NCBI GenBank assembly: GCA_048882505.1
Contig: JBHLRO010000002.1
Location: forward strand, 1 to 32,000
Direction: 5' to 3'
Length of the DNA stretch: 32,000 nucleotides
Source: Candidatus Thorarchaeota archaeon
GTDB taxonomy: Archaea; Asgardarchaeota; Heimdallarchaeia; Hodarchaeales; Hodarchaeaceae
Position 1 is the stretch's first letter. Each line of letters opens with the position of its first letter. Positions 26,854 through 32,000 of the stretch are shown here, piece after piece. The notes under the pieces were generated by a model. The model was not told the DNA's origin, searched no databases, and saw nothing but the letters and a program-made list of their open reading frames with translations. Made by a program: the position numbers and the translations under genes.

Positions 26854-26883
26854 GCTGTGCCGAACTCGGCACAGCTTTTTTTT
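26854..26883 (+). terminator. Perfect 10-bp GC-rich inverted repeat followed by T8
   Basis: GCTGTGCCGA-AC-TCGGCACAGC-TTTTTTTT, 45 nt after the stop of 26314-26808. Confidence 0.7.
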
Positions 26884-27111
26884 CTCATCCAAGGGTTAAG
26901 ATATGCGAAATAGCAGAAACGCGTCATGCACTTAGTCTGAAAGAGGCATGTAGACAAAATTAGACACTATTCATAAAGCTTTTAATCTAAGTAAAACATT
27001 GAAATAATGCAAATGGTCTTGTATCCAGCTGCGGTCAAGTTCAAAAATGGGGTAAATTCCTAATAGCTAGGTTTGTCAGCATTGAGGTAGATTTATGAGG
27101 TTCAAGGGAAA

Positions 27112-29997
27112 TTGAAACGACTCCTGGTTCTGAAAGAAAAGATCTTGTTTTTCATCCAAGCACTACGAATAAACCTATATGTTTCCTTAATTACACTAAT
27201 TGGGTTAAGCATTGCTCTTTCTACTGTCTCATCTTCTTTGCTTTATTTGGAAACGAGTCGAAGCAATTATTACCTCTCCTTGCTAGAACAGGATTATTTT
27301 GAAGCAAAAGTAATCTTTGAACACCAACCAAATACAATTCAAAATTTCGATAAAATGGATATCTTGACACTCCAAGAAGCTCTTGAGCAAGAAATCCAGA
27401 TGCGTGGATTAGAGAGGGAATTTTCCCGCCACCCGCTTTCTCCCATTTTTTACTTAAGGAATAGGCTGGAGTTTTTAAATCAAAGCGATTGGGATAGCTT
27501 TTACGCCTTCAATTTTAATGAATCAATTCTTGCGGATTGCATTGAAGGGAGCTATCTGCCAACAACTATGAACCAAACGATTCTTCTTACTTGGTCAGTT
27601 TTAGATTTCAAGGTTAACGATCAATTTAATATTTCATTCCGTAACTATAACGAAGATAAAGTATACTACACCCACACCTTGCAGATCTCGGGGATAATTA
27701 CGCCCGATACGTTAAGAAAAACTTCCCCCCTAAATGATTATTTCTTTTTCCGCGGGGCTGATCCTAATAGAATTGTCATTCTTACTGATTTAGGAGAATT
27801 TACCAAACTATTTGGCAAAATCGATACAAATGTTCGTGGATTAACGAATTCAGACCTTCTTGCTTTCACTCTGATGTTTCGGTTTAATTTGCAGGTCTCG
27901 CATATTGGAGATCAAAACGCAATTCAGATCCTTCCCCAGTTAGTTTCCTTCTTGAAAGAGACAGGTAAAGCTTTTCGTCTTAATGGCTTTTATTTGAATA
28001 GAGTGTGGCAACATGAGCTTTCCGAGCTAATCAGTAATGTAGAAGAGTTTAATTTTTCCTTTTTTTATTTTCTGATTCTTTGTATTCCGATTTTTTCCTT
28101 GACAATCCTATTGGTAGGATTTTCTCTACGTCTAACAACTGAACGAAGAAAAAAGCGTCTTACCTTGTTTCAAATGCGTGGGATTTCGTCGAGATCCTTA
28201 ATGGGTATTCTTTTTATCGAAACTCTAGTTATTTCTTTGATGGCATCTTTGATCAGCATCATTCCTGGGACCCTGGGATGCCTATTGATCCTTACAACAA
28301 GTGGATTCCTAACTTTCAATTTTCAATCAATGCCTGCCCTTCTGGTAATTCCACAGAATTTTTTTGGCGTAATTTTCATCATAAGTGTTTGTTTCACCAG
28401 TACGACTTACCTCTGGCCTATGTTTCGCTTAATTAAATCCACGCTTCCGTTTTCGATCCAAAATTCTGAAACTAGAAAAAAAACCCAAAGGAGTTCGTTT
28501 ATTGGGAACCTTGATCTCTTTCTCTTCATTCAAGGCCTCTTGGGACTCTTGGTTTTGATTTTCATTATGCAAGTTATCAAGGAAACGCATTCAACTATTG
28601 GAACCCAGCTCTTGAACCTTCTTCTGCCGCTCATTTTCTTGTTAGTGATATTAAGTCCATTTAGTTTCCTAATTGGATTCATTTTCACCTATAATCGGTT
28701 TATCCCCTCAATAATTCAGAGAATCGGGAATTATTGCTGGAAAAAGGATTGGGGCCTCTTAGCCACCGCCTCAAGAAATCTTGCTGTCGATATAACAATA
28801 ACACGTCGGACTACTCTCCTTACTGCTTGTACCTTGAGTTTCCTAATGATTTTGTCCAGTCTACCGCTCTCCTACTATCATTATGATATTGATCAACGTT
28901 TCTACAACGTTGGAGCTGATGTGAGTATAAGCGGTATTTCTTCCGAATCGGAAGTGGTTCAGGACTTGAAATCCCAATTGACCGCGATAGGAGGATTAAA
29001 TGTCACCATAATTTCAAGAACGGGATTCGATGTTCTTGATGCCAATGGGGTGGTACATTCTCTTCTTTTCTTAGGAATAGAAGAGAACTTCCTTCAAGTT
29101 GCTCATTGGCGAAGCTATTATGATGATCAACCACTCTCCGAATTAGTCTTGTCGTTGTTCAATTCGTCTGAGTTGTATCCCGTTCTTATAGACACCTCTA
29201 CGGCCCGAGAAGCAAATTTGACTGTAAAAAATATTTATCGGCCTTTTATCCAAGAACCTGAAGTGATGGAATTCTCCGTGATTAATGTGAATGATTTTTG
29301 GCCTGGTTTCATTTTGACACGGCAAGGAAATTATCATTACCTAATAACAAAGAGAGAATTGATAGAGAATATTTCAAAAACTATTCAGAGATATGCGCAA
29401 AATCATGATGACATTGTTGGATTTTGGGCTTTTGGTGATCGAATTTTGGGGAAGCTACTTCCTGAATATGATCCTAACGATGTTATGACTCAAATAATGG
29501 ATGTGACTAGTGCAGCTGAAGATGAATACGATGTAGTTACTGCTCGATCAAGGTTAGAGCGAGGGTACCAAAAGCTTTTAGATCAATTTTTGTGGATAAT
29601 TACCAATTTTAATTTCGTTGACTCACTCATCATCGTTCTGATCGTCATTTCTCTCTTTACCTTGATGCGACTATCAGGTCATGCGACTGAACTTGGCCTA
29701 AGTAGAGCTTTGGGCATGAAATACCCCCAAGTGTTTTTTTTGATGTTTATGGAACCACTGTTGCTATTTCTGATAAGTGGGATCCCTGGAGGTTTTGTGG
29801 GATTAATAATATTGGCTTTTTTTGCGGCATGGCTTTCCCCACTCCTTTTGTCTCCTCCACCATTTCTCTTGACCCTTAACTTCCCTGTTTTTATCTCAAT
29901 ATATGGAACAGTATTTGCGGCAACGGCGTTCGCTGGAGGACTCACAGCTCTCTTGGCGACAAGAGCCAACATTTCGAAGATTTTAATGGTGGAATGA
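27112..29997 (+). CDS. FtsX/MacB-type ABC permease with two FtsX domains
   Basis: ERRKKRLTLFQMRG and ELGLSRALG FtsX motifs, two large extracellular loops, TM clusters; TTG start. Confidence 0.88.
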   Translation: MKRLLVLKEKILFFIQALRINLYVSLITLIGLSIALSTVSSSLLYLETSRSNYYLSLLEQDYFEAKVIFEHQPNTIQNFDKMDILTLQEALEQEIQMRGLEREFSRHPLSPIFYLRNRLEFLNQSDWDSFYAFNFNESILADCIEGSYLPTTMNQTILLTWSVLDFKVNDQFNISFRNYNEDKVYYTHTLQISGIITPDTLRKTSPLNDYFFFRGADPNRIVILTDLGEFTKLFGKIDTNVRGLTNSDLLAFTLMFRFNLQVSHIGDQNAIQILPQLVSFLKETGKAFRLNGFYLNRVWQHELSELISNVEEFNFSFFYFLILCIPIFSLTILLVGFSLRLTTERRKKRLTLFQMRGISSRSLMGILFIETLVISLMASLISIIPGTLGCLLILTTSGFLTFNFQSMPALLVIPQNFFGVIFIISVCFTSTTYLWPMFRLIKSTLPFSIQNSETRKKTQRSSFIGNLDLFLFIQGLLGLLVLIFIMQVIKETHSTIGTQLLNLLLPLIFLLVILSPFSFLIGFIFTYNRFIPSIIQRIGNYCWKKDWGLLATASRNLAVDITITRRTTLLTACTLSFLMILSSLPLSYYHYDIDQRFYNVGADVSISGISSESEVVQDLKSQLTAIGGLNVTIISRTGFDVLDANGVVHSLLFLGIEENFLQVAHWRSYYDDQPLSELVLSLFNSSELYPVLIDTSTAREANLTVKNIYRPFIQEPEVMEFSVINVNDFWPGFILTRQGNYHYLITKRELIENISKTIQRYAQNHDDIVGFWAFGDRILGKLLPEYDPNDVMTQIMDVTSAAEDEYDVVTARSRLERGYQKLLDQFLWIITNFNFVDSLIIVLIVISLFTLMRLSGHATELGLSRALGMKYPQVFFLMFMEPLLLFLISGIPGGFVGLIILAFFAAWLSPLLLSPPPFLLTLNFPVFISIYGTVFAATAFAGGLTALLATRANISKILMVE

Positions 29998-30001
29998 TAG
30001 C

Positions 30002-30886
30002 ATGCTCCTAGAATGTAAAGACCTCATTAAAATCTATTCGTCACCCGTTGAGGGCCTAAATTTTCCCGCACTTCGTGGGTTACATTTCTCACTCCGAGGA
30101 GGAGAAATGGTCTCAATCATCGGCCCTTCGGGCGCAGGAAAAACCACGCTATTTCGCTTGATCAGTGCCTATGATCGACCAAGCTCGGGGGAAATCTGGT
30201 TTGAGGGGGATCTGATCAATCAGTTTTCTGAGGCTGAATTATCAGAATATCGAAAGAAGATAGGCATAATGTACCAATCACCTAGAGAGAACTTGGTATG
30301 GGGAATGAATGCATTGGATAATGTATTATTTCCTATGCGATATTCCGGGAGGTTTATTCCCTATCACAAACAAAGAGCGCGTGATTTACTAAAGAGAGTG
30401 GGGCTAAAGGGGAAAGAATCAAGAAAACCAGCACAGCTTTCAGGGGGCGAGCAACAGCGAGTTGCCCTTGCAGTGGCCCTTGCGAATGAGCCCAGCTTGT
30501 TACTTGCCGACGAACCTACTGGAGAACTCGACAGTGTTACAACATCCGTAATAATTGATTATTTTAAAGAATTAAATGAAGAACTTGGGGTAACTATCTG
30601 CGTGGCAACCCATGACCATCGTTTTTCTACCAGAACCGATCTTACTTATCAAATTCAAGATGGACGATTAACTGCATATCAGTCTCAGAAGGAGGGGATT
30701 CTAAGTTCTGAAGAACGAGAGGAAATGGCCATCATTGACTCCAATGGAAATATAAGGCTGCCGGATGAAGTCTTAAAGCATTTTGAGGGTGTCACTTCAG
30801 CGAAAGTGGTTGTGAAGAAGGATAAGATCGAATTGGTAAATTTAAGTTCAGACCAAAAGAAGAAGAAGGTAGAGAGGGATGACTGA
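30002..30886 (+). CDS. ABC ATPase (LolD/MacB type) with C-terminal AbrB-like domain
   Basis: GPSGAGKT, LSGGEQQRV, LLADEPTG and THD; tail IIDSNGNIRLPDEVL. Confidence 0.93.
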   Translation: MLLECKDLIKIYSSPVEGLNFPALRGLHFSLRGGEMVSIIGPSGAGKTTLFRLISAYDRPSSGEIWFEGDLINQFSEAELSEYRKKIGIMYQSPRENLVWGMNALDNVLFPMRYSGRFIPYHKQRARDLLKRVGLKGKESRKPAQLSGGEQQRVALAVALANEPSLLLADEPTGELDSVTTSVIIDYFKELNEELGVTICVATHDHRFSTRTDLTYQIQDGRLTAYQSQKEGILSSEEREEMAIIDSNGNIRLPDEVLKHFEGVTSAKVVVKKDKIELVNLSSDQKKKKVERDD

Positions 30887-31583
30887 AAACGAATCTCTAT
30901 TTAGATTAGAGAACCTACATCGATATTATGTCAACAAAGCTGAAATTGTAAAAGCAATCGACGGAATTGATTTAACCATCAATTCTGGGGAGTTTGTTGT
31001 CATTTTAGGCCCCTCGGGGTCTGGAAAAACAACATTACTAAACTTGCTTGCTGGACTAGATAAAACTACAACGGGTTCTATATATTTTAACGGGCAAGAC
31101 GTGTCCCAACTTAGTGATTCTGAACTTTGTCACATCAGACAATTTGACATAGGAATCATATTCCAGTTTTATAATATGCATCCAGCGTTTAATGTCCGAG
31201 AAAATGTGGAGTACCCCATGTTGATCTCTAAAGTTCCACGAGAAAAAAGGCGAAAAAGAGCTAGTAATCTACTTCAACGATTGGGGGTATATGAGAAACG
31301 AGAAAGTTTACCCTCAGAATTGTCGGGCGGAGAAAAACAGTTGGTAGGAATTGCTAGAGCATTGACAAATGACCCCACGGTTATTATTGCCGATGAACCA
31401 ACAGGAAATCTCGATTCCGAAAATGCTGCTTCGGTAATTGAAATCCTTTTGACAATAAATAGGGAAGGAAAAACTATAGTAATGGTAACTCATGATGAGA
31501 CGTTGGTAAAGGAAGAAATGCGCGTTTTGACGCTAGTAAATGGAAAAATAAGGACTCATGGTGCCGACTCCACTGGTCCGTAA
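30879..31583 (+). CDS. ABC ATPase (LolD/MacB type)
   Basis: GPSGSGKT, LSGGEKQ, IIADEPTG and VTHD; overlaps the upstream gene by 8 nt. Confidence 0.95.
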   Translation: MTENESLFRLENLHRYYVNKAEIVKAIDGIDLTINSGEFVVILGPSGSGKTTLLNLLAGLDKTTTGSIYFNGQDVSQLSDSELCHIRQFDIGIIFQFYNMHPAFNVRENVEYPMLISKVPREKRRKRASNLLQRLGVYEKRESLPSELSGGEKQLVGIARALTNDPTVIIADEPTGNLDSENAASVIEILLTINREGKTIVMVTHDETLVKEEMRVLTLVNGKIRTHGADSTGP

Positions 31584-31689
31584 CTTTGAAACTTAGTTCA
31601 AGCATATTTTTCCAGTCTCCTGGGGCCCCGTTTTTTTATCTGAATGGGCGCCTCGCCTCTCAATATTTAAATGAATATGAAATCGGCTT

Positions 31690-31941
31690 TTACCGAATAT
31701 TAAACCCTTTGCCGAAGTTCAGCTCGATGCAAAGGTCACAGGGCAAGGAACTCTTTATTTTACTAATAATGCTGGCAAAGATAAGAAGACCGAGTCCAAC
31801 TAGGGCGGATTGGATGGGGCCTGTCACATCCCCCGTATCGAGAACCGTATCATGGTACCCTTCATGGGCTGTGACAGTTTGACCAAGTACGAAGAGGGGT
31901 AAGAAAATTAGACCCAATAAAAGCGTATACGGTTTTCTCAT
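31690..31941 (-). CDS. 83-aa membrane microprotein: signal peptide, HEG-x4-LDTGD-x2-GP loop, TM helix, CxxC tail
   Basis: Colinear homology to the N-terminal appendage of the MFS at 24001-25524 supports coding status; ATG at 31941 preferred over 31953. Confidence 0.72.
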   Translation of the reverse strand: MRKPYTLLLGLIFLPLFVLGQTVTAHEGYHDTVLDTGDVTGPIQSALVGLGLLIFASIISKIKSSLPCDLCIELNFGKGFNIR

Positions 31942-32000
31942 GGTAGAACCCAAACAGAAGTTAATCCTGAAGAGGAGGATTAGGGATTACTCTACGGGAT

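Noticed and set aside
26923-26955. BHB-like motif outside a tRNA (GTC-ATGC-ACT...GCAT-GTA-GAC)
   Set aside because: Only 7 Watson-Crick pairs plus one G.U. A rough estimate gives on the order of 100 chance matches of this strength in a 32-kb window, and there is no tRNA or rRNA context.
1-32000. CRISPR arrays, IS elements, rRNA, selenocysteine/pyrrolysine recoding
   Set aside because: No regularly spaced repeats, transposase, terminal inverted repeats or rRNA motifs seen. The single in-frame stop found is TAA and comes with a frameshift.

Overview
Archaeal chromosomal window with no rRNA, CRISPR array, transposase or integrase. The domain is certain from Rpo4, eL21, eL40, Pus10, TrmY and BHB-type tRNA introns; an Asgard (Heimdallarchaeia/Hodarchaeales-like) origin is my inference from protein style and the presenilin-like and CdvA-like genes. 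About 1-23 kb is mostly core: ahcY, a tandem Lrp regulator, pssA-psd, a CdvA-like + SWIM pair, pus10-rpl21e-rpo4-tRNA-Pro-DHH, trmY, srp54, prs, an MtaB-type methylthiotransferase, trmJ, thiL and a presenilin homolog. rpl40e is present but missing from the ORF track. I read 7 tRNA genes by hand. Six carry 9 BHB introns, and 6 of those are at non-canonical sites (D-loop, variable loop, T-loop); one intron folds into a box C'/D'-type K-loop. A small accessory patch with a pseudogene follows tRNA-Lys. The 24-32 kb part holds an MFS with an N-terminal signal peptide-HEG-x4-LDTGD-x2-GP-TM appendage, a stand-alone microprotein made of the same module, and between them a wHTH gene, a secreted beta-rich protein and a MacB/FtsX-type ABC operon. 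All assignments come from motif reading; no searches were run.
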